In this document: piece by piece, positions 7,143 to 17,033 of the stretch | Layout: each line of letters opens with the position of its first letter | Position numbering within the stretch: position 1 is the first letter of the stretch | Program-made: the position numbers and the translations under genes | DNA from: Alistipes communis | GTDB taxonomy: Bacteria; Bacillota_I; Bacilli_A; RFN20; CAG-826 | Length of the DNA: 64,000 bases | Reading direction: 5' to 3' | Assembly (NCBI GenBank): GCA_963655775.1 | Contig: CAVKFY010000087.1 | Span: 260 to 64,259, forward strand | The notes under the pieces: model-generated | The model's database searches: none | What the model saw: the letters and a program-made list of their open reading frames with translations, nothing else | What the model was told of the DNA's origin: nothing

Positions 7143-9676
7143 TGAAACTACTTAAAGCGTATATCAACGCCTATGGCAACATTGAAGACAAAGAGTTTGA
7201 TTTTTCTTCCGGTCTTAATTCTATATGTGAAGACAATGGATATGGCAAATCTACTCTGGCTTCTTTTATTCGTGCCTCCTTTTATGGATTAGAAAAGAAA
7301 ACAAAGAACTATTTTGAAAGAGATAGAGCTCTCCCATATTCCAAGAAACCATGTGGGGGATATTTAATCTTTGAATTTAATGGCAAGGAATATAAGATCC
7401 AAAGATCGTTTAGTAAGAAAGCACAAGAAGATGAATTACATGTTTTTGTTAACGGAATAGAGACAAATGAACTTGGACCTGTTCCAGGGGAAACGATTTT
7501 TGGTTTGGACTTAGATTCATTCAACAAAACGATATTCATCAATCCGATTGATTTAACTGTTTCAACAAATGAAAGCCTTAATGCCAAAATGGGACACTTT
7601 GTTGAAGACAGCAAAGATAGTTTTGATTTCGAGGAAGCGAAAGAAAAACTCGATAAGCGTAAAAGAGAACTAAAACCTATTAAGTCTCAAGATAGCAAAG
7701 GCCTCATTGCAGAAAAGAAAATACAAATTGATGATTTAGATAACAAGAACGAAAACCTAAAAAGCCTTCGTCTTGCCATGGGTGAGAAATATGAAAAAGA
7801 AGAAAAACTCAACATTTCTATACAAGAAATGAATAAAAAGCTAACGGATGCGTCTAATCATAATGCAGAGCTCGAAGCATGGGATCGTTACGATGAATAT
7901 AACAATACAATTCAACACGCAAAAAATGAAATTGATGGAATTCGTAATAAATATCCAAATGGTATTCCTAGTAAGGAAGAACTTGCTAATTTCGAACTCC
8001 TTTTGAATCAAAAAGATAAGAAAATATTTGAAAGAAATGCGACAAATCTATCGAAACATGAAGAAGAGGAATATTCTTCTTTATCTTTACATTTCAAAGA
8101 TAAAACGCCTAATGAAGAAGATTTAACGAAGCTCAAAGAAACATATAACAAGTATCTATCTTTAAAGAATCAAGGGGAAATATCCTTAGATGATTCTGAG
8201 AAGAAATTAATTGAAGAATATTCTGGGAAAACTTTAGACACAGAAGAATTAAGAAAGCGTATAAAAAACTATCAAGATCTAGACTACGATCCCGATCCAA
8301 GGTTTGTGGGCAGTGATTATGGATATTATTTTTCTTCTCCAGCCAGGATAATATTATATTCTCTTCTTGGTTTAGTACTCGGTATTCTTTTAATAATCGT
8401 CATAGTGCTAACTGTAAAATTTGCAATTGAGTATGTTTACTGGATTGTTGGTGCGGCTGTAGTGTTTATTTGTGCTCTTACCACATTTGTTATCTGGAGA
8501 GGACGCAAAAAGGAAAAAGAAAAACACGTTTCAATCGTGATGGAACACGATAAAAAGAAGTTTGCCATACTAGAAGAAATAAATAATATGCTTGCGCCTT
8601 TCGGAAAGACACTATCCCAAGCAGACAATTTAGATTTGGAATCTTTCCAAATAATCAATAAATATGAAACATATTGCAAGGCAAAAGATAAAGAAACAAA
8701 GATTCTAAATGATAAAAAGGCATCAATAGATTCTTTGAATAACATTAAGAATTCCTTAGGCTCATATTTCTCTTCTTTTGCGTATATCGGTGATATAGAA
8801 GACATTTACTATACATTCTTCTCTGATTTAGAAAAGTACAGTTCTTTATCTAAGAAGAAATTAGAAAACGATAACAAGAGAAAATCTATAGATCAGGAGA
8901 TAGAAAACATAGATCGTTCTATATCTTCATTTAGAAAGAAATATAACGTTGAAATCGATAATAAGACATTTATTCAAGAATGTAGGGATGATCGAAAAAC
9001 AATCGATCTTAAAGAAAAATATTTGGGTTCTACCGAGGAAAAATTGAAAAATTACATTTCAGAAAAGAAACTTGTGGCTCGTCCTACATCTAACGAAAAG
9101 GTAAATGTTCTTGAGCTTACTGAAGAGTTAAGTAAACTCAATAAAGATTATCAAACAGCTGCGAAAGATATTGATGATAGTGAAAGAGAAATTTCTTCTT
9201 TAGAAAGTGAAGTAGAACAACTGCCTTTGTTAAACGAAGAATGGAAAGAGCTTAAAGATGAACATTTTATCGTTTCAAAAACAATTACCTATCTTTCTGA
9301 GGCGGAAATTAATCTCAAAAACAGATACATCAAACCTGTTAAAGACAAATTCGATTACTATTCATCAATTCTTTCTGAAGCTTTCGGAAAGAAAGTCGTA
9401 ATGGATGCAGACTTCAACATCAAGATAATCGAAGAAGGAATAGAAAGAGATTATCACCATCTATCAACTGGCCAATTAACTTTATGCGTCTTCTGTTACC
9501 GCTTAGCAATAATGGATAACATCTTCCCTAAGGATAAGCCTTTGCTTATATTAGATGACTTATTTGTTAATCTAGATGAAAAACATCTTTCTTTAGCAAA
9601 GAAGTTAATCGATCTTCTTGCTAAAGATAGGCAAATCTTTTATTACACCTGTCATAAGTCTAGAGATTTGGAATAG
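7142..9676 (+). CDS. SbcC/Rad50-like SMC-family ATPase (YhaN/SbcE-like) with a transmembrane hairpin at the middle of the coiled coil.
   Basis: Walker A NGYGKST; long coiled-coil arms; C-terminal ABC signature LSTGQ and Walker B/D-loop LLILDDLFVNLD. Two hydrophobic helices (IILYSLLGLVLGILLIIVIVL / VYWIVGAAVVFICALTTFVIW) lie mid-protein. The start overlaps the upstream stop (TAATG). Confidence 0.7.
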   Translation: MKLLKAYINAYGNIEDKEFDFSSGLNSICEDNGYGKSTLASFIRASFYGLEKKTKNYFERDRALPYSKKPCGGYLIFEFNGKEYKIQRSFSKKAQEDELHVFVNGIETNELGPVPGETIFGLDLDSFNKTIFINPIDLTVSTNESLNAKMGHFVEDSKDSFDFEEAKEKLDKRKRELKPIKSQDSKGLIAEKKIQIDDLDNKNENLKSLRLAMGEKYEKEEKLNISIQEMNKKLTDASNHNAELEAWDRYDEYNNTIQHAKNEIDGIRNKYPNGIPSKEELANFELLLNQKDKKIFERNATNLSKHEEEEYSSLSLHFKDKTPNEEDLTKLKETYNKYLSLKNQGEISLDDSEKKLIEEYSGKTLDTEELRKRIKNYQDLDYDPDPRFVGSDYGYYFSSPARIILYSLLGLVLGILLIIVIVLTVKFAIEYVYWIVGAAVVFICALTTFVIWRGRKKEKEKHVSIVMEHDKKKFAILEEINNMLAPFGKTLSQADNLDLESFQIINKYETYCKAKDKETKILNDKKASIDSLNNIKNSLGSYFSSFAYIGDIEDIYYTFFSDLEKYSSLSKKKLENDNKRKSIDQEIENIDRSISSFRKKYNVEIDNKTFIQECRDDRKTIDLKEKYLGSTEEKLKNYISEKKLVARPTSNEKVNVLELTEELSKLNKDYQTAAKDIDDSEREISSLESEVEQLPLLNEEWKELKDEHFIVSKTITYLSEAEINLKNRYIKPVKDKFDYYSSILSEAFGKKVVMDADFNIKIIEEGIERDYHHLSTGQLTLCVFCYRLAIMDNIFPKDKPLLILDDLFVNLDEKHLSLAKKLIDLLAKDRQIFYYTCHKSRDLE

Positions 9677-9720
9677 TTAATTTATACATACCTTGGAAAA
9701 AGAAATAGAATCCTAAGTAT

Positions 9721-10965
9721 ATGGGAAAACTATTACTTAAATTATTTGTTAAAGACTATAAAAACGTTAAAGATCCATTGGTTCAAAAGAAATACGGCTT
9801 TGTCGCATCTCTTTTCGGACTTATTACTAATTTCATTCTTTTTGTCTCTAAAATCATCGTCGGTATTATGCTAGGACTTTTCTCCTTAGTATCAGATTCC
9901 ATCAATAACTTAAGTGACTTTGGAAATAATCTCTTAAGTGTTTTTGGCGTTAAGGTAACTTTCAAACCTGCGGATAAAGAGCATCCATATGGCCACCAAA
10001 GAACGGAATATATCATTTCGCTTATTATTGGCTGTGTGATTATTGCCTTAGGTGCAGTAATGGCGTATCAAGGTGTTACTGATTTAATTGAGTTTTTTAA
10101 ATCTGTTGCAGAAAAAGGCAGACCATTAACAAGAGAATTCTCATATACGATGTACGTTGCATCTCTTACCTTACTTGCGTTAGCAATTCTTATCAAAGTA
10201 GTTCAATCATCTATATATTTCTCATATGGAAAGAGAATATCTTCCCAACAACTAAGAGCATTAGGAAAAGATGCCTTAAATGATTGCATATCTACAAGCT
10301 TAGTTATCGTAGGCATTCTTATTTCTTATTTCACTGGATTTGATGTTGATTGCTTCTTTACTCTCTTTGTTGCAGTCTTAGTAACTATATCTGGTATTGG
10401 CATCATCAAAGAAGCGGCTAATTCTCTTGTAGGAGAAAAACCAAGCCAAGAGTTAATTGATTCTTTGGTTGCTCTCTTACTTAAACACAAAGGAGTACTT
10501 GGTATTCATGACCTAGAACTTCATACATATGGCAAAGTTATCTTTGGTGTTATCCATGTCGAAGTGGATGCAAAAGAAGATGTCATGTTATCTCATGAAC
10601 TATGTGATCAATTAGAAAAAGAAGTGGATTCTCTCTTACATATCCACCTAACAGTTCATATGGATCCAGTAATGGTTAACGATCCAGATACGGACAAATA
10701 CAAAGCCTTATTAGAAGAATTTATTTCTAAGACAAATAAAGATATTCATTACCACGATTTCAGAATCATCTCAGGTAAAGAAAACGTTAATCTAGTGTTT
10801 GATATGATTCTTCCAGAAGAACTCGATAACGAAACAGGAAGAAAGAAATTCAAAGAAGGTTTCCGTTTATTTATTAATGATCGTTATGGCAAGAAAGTAC
10901 ATGTAGTCATTAATTATGATGATGCGGTAACAGATTTCTTATCTGGCACTAAAGCAGAGAAATAA
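9721..10965 (+). CDS. Cation diffusion facilitator (CDF/CzcD/FieF-like) divalent-metal efflux transporter with an extended C-terminal cytoplasmic domain.
   Basis: 6 TM segments; metal-site motifs HPYGHQRTEY and LNDCISTS; C-terminal dimerisation-domain-like region. Confidence 0.8.
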   Translation: MGKLLLKLFVKDYKNVKDPLVQKKYGFVASLFGLITNFILFVSKIIVGIMLGLFSLVSDSINNLSDFGNNLLSVFGVKVTFKPADKEHPYGHQRTEYIISLIIGCVIIALGAVMAYQGVTDLIEFFKSVAEKGRPLTREFSYTMYVASLTLLALAILIKVVQSSIYFSYGKRISSQQLRALGKDALNDCISTSLVIVGILISYFTGFDVDCFFTLFVAVLVTISGIGIIKEAANSLVGEKPSQELIDSLVALLLKHKGVLGIHDLELHTYGKVIFGVIHVEVDAKEDVMLSHELCDQLEKEVDSLLHIHLTVHMDPVMVNDPDTDKYKALLEEFISKTNKDIHYHDFRIISGKENVNLVFDMILPEELDNETGRKKFKEGFRLFINDRYGKKVHVVINYDDAVTDFLSGTKAEK

Positions 10966-11040
10966 AAACAAAATCTCAAAATAGGCTTGATTTACAAGCG
11001 AAATATTCGTTTTTGGTTTTTAAAACTTAAAAGGCAAAAG

Positions 11041-11070
11041 AAAAAACGCCGCATGTTTAGTGCGACGTTT
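11041..11070 (-). terminator. Rho-independent terminator for the minus-strand lipoprotein gene (the hairpin is also usable for the plus-strand CDF gene).
   Basis: acgccgca-N7-tgcgacgt; a T6 run follows on the minus strand. Confidence 0.5.
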
Positions 11071-11085
11071 AAAGTTAAGAGATTG

Positions 11086-13023
11086 TTAGTCTTCTATCTT
11101 TCCGAATTTGCCATCGGTAACACCATAGTGGCCGACCTTTGTTCCGTTCTTCTTAACGACGAAGTTAGAGGAATCATCAACTGTCACGCCTTCTGTGCTG
11201 CCATCTTCTTTTTCAACTGTAACATTGAGGTAGATGTCGCCGTCGGCTTTTAAGAAGTTTCCTAATTCATTACCGTCGGAATCTTTTGCGATGATAAATG
11301 CTGCACTAGAAGCTTCCATTGATCCTTTTGCGGAATATGTTTTGTAATCCCAAGTGATCTCCGATGTTGTTTTACCTTTAACCAAAACATATAGATTGGA
11401 GTAATCGGATTCCGTTGAGTCGTTGTATTCGTAGTTAACAACTAACATATCTTTATCATAATATGCTGGAGCTTTTTCATATTCTGTACCCCAAGAAGTT
11501 TTTGACAAGGATAGCTTTCCTGTTGTTGCATCATCTGCGGTGATTTTGTATGTATTTGAGCTGCTACCATTGATTATTAATTCACCAAATATATTTGCAG
11601 TCACGCTTGCGGTGGATGAGTATTGATAAATATCTCCATAGTAATAACTATAGTAGAATCTTGATCCGCCGAACGTTCCAGCCCATGTAGAAGTTTCGCT
11701 ATATTTCGCTTCATCAACTTCGACTTTTAATTTGATCTTTCCGTAATAGGGTGTGAATGTTCCAGGAATATAATAATAGGTTGATTTTCCGCCCTTTTCA
11801 GAAGCAAGAGTTAAGGTGGATGATGTCTTTGTGCCTTCTTTTACTTCATACCCTGTATATTCTTCGTATTCATATGTAACTTTGCCAATTCTGTATTTGC
11901 CATTTTGATGCTCTCCATCTAAACTGACGTCCAAAAAGAACTTAGCGGTATCTGGTGCGCTATATGTGTAACCGGCATAAGCGTGAATGCTTGTTGCATC
12001 TACATCTTTACCATTAGCATCCTTTACGTAAGTCTTTGTGATGACACAATCTGGAGCTTCAACTTCGAATTCAATCAACTTTTCTTCAGCTGTAACTTTG
12101 ATATCAACTGAATGAGCTGGCATAACGAAGTCTACAGTGTTGTAGACATGCTCGATTTCTTCTGTCGTTTCGTTTCCGTCTTTATCTTCGCCTTTTTTGA
12201 TCTCTTTGATTGTGTATTCTGCTGGTTGCAAATCAACACCATCAACCGTATAAACAACGTTATCGGCAAGAGCAACATAATTTCTTAAAAGGTGAACTGT
12301 CGCACCCGCTCTTGCGTAGATTGCGGTTGTTCCAGTGATTAATTTGTCATCAACGATGTATCCAGCAATAAAATCTTTGACTTTCTTTGAAGATGCATCT
12401 TTTGCTTCTGGTGTAAATACAACTGCGGTTTCATCTTCTGGACCAACTTCAAAATATGCACCACGAGTTTCTGCTTTGATGGTTACATCACCTTTTGGCA
12501 TAGTGAAGCTAAATCCTTCTCTTAAGGAACCAGTAAGTTCGATTGCTGTGGCTGTTTCGCCTTCACCATAAGAAGCAGTAACACTATAAGCTTCATAACC
12601 AGATTCAAGAGTGACTTTGAATTCAATCTTTTCACCAGCTTTTGACTTTTCAGGAAGGCCAGAAACGAATGAATAGTCTCCTCCTTCGAAGGTGATTTCA
12701 TATTGTTTGTCTACATATGTGTCGTTGTAGGTATAACCACAAGCACAAACGTGTTTTGTGTAACCTTGTTCATCATCGGTTGGTGCAACGACTACCTCTT
12801 CAAATGAATGAGCAGCAACGTCCATCTTTTCACCACAACCAGTGCAAAGATGCCAGTGATTTTTTTCGTCGTGTTTCCACTCTGTTCCTGCTGTGTGAAC
12901 ATGAGCTTGGGAAGAAGACGATGATTCAGATGCCGACGACCCCCCCTTGTTGTCGCAGCCTGCTAACGCCATTACGGCGCCTAACCCTAACACTGAAAGG
13001 GATAGTAATTTCTTTTTGTTCAT
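11086..13023 (-). CDS. Surface lipoprotein of unknown function with a His/Cys-rich (zinc-ribbon-like) N-proximal module.
   Basis: Signal peptide plus lipobox LAGC; Ser-rich linker; HVHTAGTEWKHDEKNHWHLCTGCGEKMD...HVCACGYTY. aaaggag RBS. Confidence 0.7.
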   Translation of the reverse strand: MNKKKLLSLSVLGLGAVMALAGCDNKGGSSASESSSSSQAHVHTAGTEWKHDEKNHWHLCTGCGEKMDVAAHSFEEVVVAPTDDEQGYTKHVCACGYTYNDTYVDKQYEITFEGGDYSFVSGLPEKSKAGEKIEFKVTLESGYEAYSVTASYGEGETATAIELTGSLREGFSFTMPKGDVTIKAETRGAYFEVGPEDETAVVFTPEAKDASSKKVKDFIAGYIVDDKLITGTTAIYARAGATVHLLRNYVALADNVVYTVDGVDLQPAEYTIKEIKKGEDKDGNETTEEIEHVYNTVDFVMPAHSVDIKVTAEEKLIEFEVEAPDCVITKTYVKDANGKDVDATSIHAYAGYTYSAPDTAKFFLDVSLDGEHQNGKYRIGKVTYEYEEYTGYEVKEGTKTSSTLTLASEKGGKSTYYYIPGTFTPYYGKIKLKVEVDEAKYSETSTWAGTFGGSRFYYSYYYGDIYQYSSTASVTANIFGELIINGSSSNTYKITADDATTGKLSLSKTSWGTEYEKAPAYYDKDMLVVNYEYNDSTESDYSNLYVLVKGKTTSEITWDYKTYSAKGSMEASSAAFIIAKDSDGNELGNFLKADGDIYLNVTVEKEDGSTEGVTVDDSSNFVVKKNGTKVGHYGVTDGKFGKIED

Positions 13024-13106
13024 AAAACTCCTTTTGAGGTTTATTGCCTCGAACGAGAATAGAGTTTAAAAGGGCTTTCATGAAAGTCAATAAAAATTTT
13101 ACAATT

Positions 13107-14006
13107 TCACTGAGAATCTCGACCAATAGCGTACAATTCACCACTAAAAGTTTGGAACTCACCTTGAGTATAGTCTTCCTCAAGGTTTACTACTAATGAT
13201 TGTTTTGCGGTACCAGCGTAGGTATCCATTTGATACTTTTGAGATAGGTGGGTTATTAGGTTATTTTTGATTGTAAAAACGTTTTCGTATGTCATTTGCT
13301 GAGAAAGAGTTTTTTCTTCTTTACTTGAAGAGGTGTCTATTTCATAAATCGATAGGCTATATGAATAAGAAAGCTTTCCATCTACCTCAACACCTTCAAT
13401 GTTATCAAATTGACATTCAACGACATGAGTGTCATCAGTTTTATCTGCTGCAGTTAACATATAATGGAAATTTGCAATCTCTGTATATGCTTGGCCGACA
13501 TCATAAATTGAATCTACGCTTGATGTAGAATATTTCTCAGACTTCTGCGTCCTTGTTGATGAATCTTCATCGTATTCATTGATACGGTAGAACTTTTTGC
13601 CATTGTCGAATGTTTGGGTCTTATATGAAGATGTCTCTTCCTCTATTTTTTCTGTTCCAATGGTTTCCTTTACAAACGAATCGTCTTTTGTATATCTTGT
13701 CGTAACATAATTGTTCTCAACGTATAGTGAAAAATCTCCATCTGATGCATAAGAAAGCTGTCTGATCATTTTGGTCTTGCTGCTAACAATGTTTCCTTCA
13801 AGAGAAATGAGTTTCTTTCCTAAGTTGTCTAAAAGAACTTCATCTGACTCTTTGCTAGAAGAGCTTGATTCTGATGAGCTTTCACTGCTAGCAATGTTAG
13901 AAGAAGATGAATTCTCTTCGGACGATATTAAAGAATCAACCGGCTTATTGTCACATGCAGTTAGTAATGTTATAGAAGACAATAAAAGCAAAAAACGTTT
14001 TTTCAT
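13107..14006 (-). CDS. Lipoprotein of unknown function.
   Basis: MKKRFLLLLSSITLLTAC lipobox; Ser-rich linker. The start is set at ATG 14006, which has an aaagggg RBS. Confidence 0.7.
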   Translation of the reverse strand: MKKRFLLLLSSITLLTACDNKPVDSLISSEENSSSSNIASSESSSESSSSSKESDEVLLDNLGKKLISLEGNIVSSKTKMIRQLSYASDGDFSLYVENNYVTTRYTKDDSFVKETIGTEKIEEETSSYKTQTFDNGKKFYRINEYDEDSSTRTQKSEKYSTSSVDSIYDVGQAYTEIANFHYMLTAADKTDDTHVVECQFDNIEGVEVDGKLSYSYSLSIYEIDTSSSKEEKTLSQQMTYENVFTIKNNLITHLSQKYQMDTYAGTAKQSLVVNLEEDYTQGEFQTFSGELYAIGRDSQ

Positions 14007-14019
14007 ATGCAAAACCCCT

Positions 14020-14859
14020 TTAGTTTGTGATTTTCTCGTCGTATTTATAGATGAATACACTCATTTCTTCTGGCTCACTACTAGTTTTTTCGTAGTGATG
14101 AATGCGAATGCTATAAGTCTTAGATTCATCGTAACATGTATAGAAAGTGTCATTTGATACTTTGCTAGGTAAGTCTTTATAGAATGTATAGCCAGAACCC
14201 TGTAGAGATTTGAGATATGTCAATGTTTGTTTTGTCGTATATCCTTGTACGCCTAAGTAAGCGCATTTTGCATTGGAATATAACGAAGATGTATATAACT
14301 GAAGACGGTAATTAGATCCATTAGGAGTAGGAATATCTAGACTTGTTTCAAGATATTTTTTGATCATTGATATAGGATATTCCGTTCCTTCATAGTCGTA
14401 TTTGATTTCATCGGAAACAGGTTCACTTTGGGCAAAGCCCATATCTGCATCATTGCCGTTTTTGTATCCCCAATCGATTCCTTTATGTTCTGCATCATAT
14501 GAAGCAATAAAGGTGATCGTCCCATAAACGAACTTATATGTTTCTTCGTAATTTTCGTAATGTCCTTGGAGAGTTAACGTTCTTTGCCCAAATTCAAGAG
14601 TATCATCTGCGTTGATTTTGAAAATACTATTGATTTCAAAAAGACCATCCATAACGGAACTTATATACCACGTTCCAATCATTTCGGATTGAACGTGTAA
14701 TGTTTCATCGTTTGAAGATGATGAACTTTCTTGAGAGGATGTTTCTTCACTCGAAGGTGAATTTGAAGACGAACTTGCCGAAGTGTGATCAACACATCCG
14801 ACTAACATCAACGATGTTGCTAACAATAATGGTAATTTCTTTTTCATAACGGTGACCAT
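14020..14859 (-). CDS. Lipoprotein of unknown function.
   Basis: MVTVMKKKLPLLLATSLMLVGC lipobox; Ser-rich linker. The alternative start at 14847 cannot be excluded. Confidence 0.7.
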   Translation of the reverse strand: MVTVMKKKLPLLLATSLMLVGCVDHTSASSSSNSPSSEETSSQESSSSSNDETLHVQSEMIGTWYISSVMDGLFEINSIFKINADDTLEFGQRTLTLQGHYENYEETYKFVYGTITFIASYDAEHKGIDWGYKNGNDADMGFAQSEPVSDEIKYDYEGTEYPISMIKKYLETSLDIPTPNGSNYRLQLYTSSLYSNAKCAYLGVQGYTTKQTLTYLKSLQGSGYTFYKDLPSKVSNDTFYTCYDESKTYSIRIHHYEKTSSEPEEMSVFIYKYDEKITN

Positions 14860-14963
14860 TATAATGTTTTAAATAAAAAAAGCACTCTTATTTTGTTTTT
14901 GCGTTATAATGCAAAAGTCGTTTTGCCATAGGCACTTCAAATGAAATTGTAAAGGAGATTTAA

Positions 14964-16898
14964 ATGAATAAATCTAAATTGATATTAATCTTAGCTGCAA
15001 CAAGTTTATTGGCTGGCTGTAATAACATTGATGGTGGCTCATCAAGTGCACCTTCTTCTGAAACAACATCGAGTTCTTCAAGTACAAGCAGCTCGTTATC
15101 AAGTTCGTCTTCTAGCAGTTCTTCATCTTCTAGCAGCTCATCTGTAGATGATGAAACGGTTACGTTTGAAAACATGTATAAGGAAATTGCCAAGGTTCAA
15201 GCTGCAGAAATAAGTGGAGCAAAGACAACAACATTTAGAAATGAATCTTCTTCATCTGTTTTAAGCAATGTTACCGAAGAAACGTATACAAGTTATGCGG
15301 ATGGTTCAACAACATCTTCTGGCACGTATACAAAAACAGAAGAAGGCAAGGATACTATCACAGATACATTCAAGAGAATCGCAACAAAAGAAACAGATAC
15401 GTATTTGAATGACGATAAAACAACGACAACGTCTTATGACATGTTTGTTGAAGTTACCGATTTTGCTAAAGATAAAGGCACAACAGAAACGTATCAAGAT
15501 AGTGCAAGCAAGAAATTCATCATTGATTCGGAAGATAGCAAAGGCAACCTCGAGGATGGTGAGTACATCCTTAAGAGCGATTTTGCTTTATATGCCTCAG
15601 CAAATTTGACATCCAAGTTAGCATCCATCATCAGCGATCTTGCTAGCAGCCTTTATATTCCTCAACTAGGTAAAACTGGTATAAAACCTGTAACTATGTC
15701 TGATGGAAATATCCAATATAAAGATCGATACAAATATAGTTATGTTGAAGATGGACAAAATATCGAAACAACAATCGATATTAACTACATGTTGGATTCT
15801 ACAAAATCTAAATTATTATCGTTTGATTACTCTAATTCTGTAACATATACAAATTCTTCTGATGCGACAGATACATATACGTCAAAAGTCGCACAATCTG
15901 GCACGATTACTTATGGCGATAAAGTAGAGAAAATGGGTGACGATGTATTAAAACCGGATGAATATTTCTTAACTGCCGTTCTTTCTGCTGGTTTGGAGGC
16001 TAAAAAAGGATTTACAGTGTATGACTTTGGTTCCGAAGGCGATATTTCGATGTCCATGGCATATACAGAAATATACGGATATGCCGCAAGTAAAATCCCA
16101 TCAAAAGCGTTGAAAACATACCTCACACCAAGTGCAACAACAAATGAAGAAGTCGTTGCAATTGAAGATGGAAACTTTGTTATCAAAGGACTAGGAACTG
16201 TTGATTTAACTTTCTCATATTATCGTAAGAGAAACGATGGTGTTTATTACCAAACAACGGTGAAATACAATGGACTTACAATTGAAGACGTTGCAGCAAC
16301 ATCGGTATCATTTGCTCCTTTGGCTGATTACCACGAATATGGATTGTTGGCAGGCACAACAACTACATGGGGATATTCTGTCGCTCCAAGCAAGGCATCT
16401 CAACTTGTAACTGCGACATCAAGCGATCCTTCAATACTTGAAGTAAGCGTTTCTAAAGAGGGAACCTTAACATTAAATCCTAAGAAAGATGGAGAAGTAA
16501 GCGTTACTATCACTTCGGTTAGAAGCCCTGAGATTACTGCTACAAAGAAATTCTATGTTTTGGATTCAAACACCAATTATGAATCGTTCTTAACAAGCAA
16601 TAAGTTCTACTGCAATAGAAGAATCTATGGCTATGACATGTATCTGACCTTCAAAGCAGACGGCACAGGAACATGTACGACCTATACAAAAGATTCTGAC
16701 TATACAACCGCAAAAAACACAACATTTGATTGGGATATAGACGGAACTTATATTGAATTTGATGAATTTGGTGAAAATTCTCAAAAGTTAAGTGCCGCAC
16801 AAATCGTTAAGTTTATAGACAAAGATGGTAAGCCATTCGGTCTCTCTGCGGATGGCGAAGGATACGCAACCTTAGAATTCGTTGTCGTAAATAACTAA
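14964..16898 (+). CDS. Lipoprotein with a long Ser-rich linker, unknown function.
   Basis: MNKSKLILILAATSLLAGC lipobox; an S/T tract of about 45 residues; aaaggag RBS. Transcribed divergently from the 14020-14859 gene. Confidence 0.7.
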   Translation: MNKSKLILILAATSLLAGCNNIDGGSSSAPSSETTSSSSSTSSSLSSSSSSSSSSSSSSSVDDETVTFENMYKEIAKVQAAEISGAKTTTFRNESSSSVLSNVTEETYTSYADGSTTSSGTYTKTEEGKDTITDTFKRIATKETDTYLNDDKTTTTSYDMFVEVTDFAKDKGTTETYQDSASKKFIIDSEDSKGNLEDGEYILKSDFALYASANLTSKLASIISDLASSLYIPQLGKTGIKPVTMSDGNIQYKDRYKYSYVEDGQNIETTIDINYMLDSTKSKLLSFDYSNSVTYTNSSDATDTYTSKVAQSGTITYGDKVEKMGDDVLKPDEYFLTAVLSAGLEAKKGFTVYDFGSEGDISMSMAYTEIYGYAASKIPSKALKTYLTPSATTNEEVVAIEDGNFVIKGLGTVDLTFSYYRKRNDGVYYQTTVKYNGLTIEDVAATSVSFAPLADYHEYGLLAGTTTTWGYSVAPSKASQLVTATSSDPSILEVSVSKEGTLTLNPKKDGEVSVTITSVRSPEITATKKFYVLDSNTNYESFLTSNKFYCNRRIYGYDMYLTFKADGTGTCTTYTKDSDYTTAKNTTFDWDIDGTYIEFDEFGENSQKLSAAQIVKFIDKDGKPFGLSADGEGYATLEFVVVNN

Positions 16899-16910
16899 CA
16901 ACAATAAGAA

Positions 16911-16944
16911 CTTCAGGCTGTCGCCTGAGGTTCTTTTTCTTTTA
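16911..16944 (+). terminator. Rho-independent terminator.
   Basis: ttcaggc-tgtc-gcctgag followed by gttctttttctttt. Confidence 0.5.
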
Positions 16945-17033
16945 CAATTAAAAATATTTTTCGATAATGCTTGAAGATTTTACAAAATGAGATAACTTAA
17001 CTAAGTGCGATTTTTGCAAGTAAAGGAAAACAT

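Noticed and set aside
10987-11253. 88-aa plus-strand ORF between the CDF transporter and the lipoprotein gene.
   Set aside because: It covers a terminator hairpin and runs antisense into the 3' end of the lipoprotein gene. It has no RBS and an implausible composition.
15060-15180. Long Ser-codon tract in the 644-aa lipoprotein, as a possible slipped-strand phase-variation site.
   Set aside because: The tract mixes tcg/agt/tct/agc/tca codons and is not a simple short-sequence repeat, and its length is a multiple of 3. No promoter-located homopolymer of contingency-locus length was seen (the longest A-run in the divergent promoter is A7).
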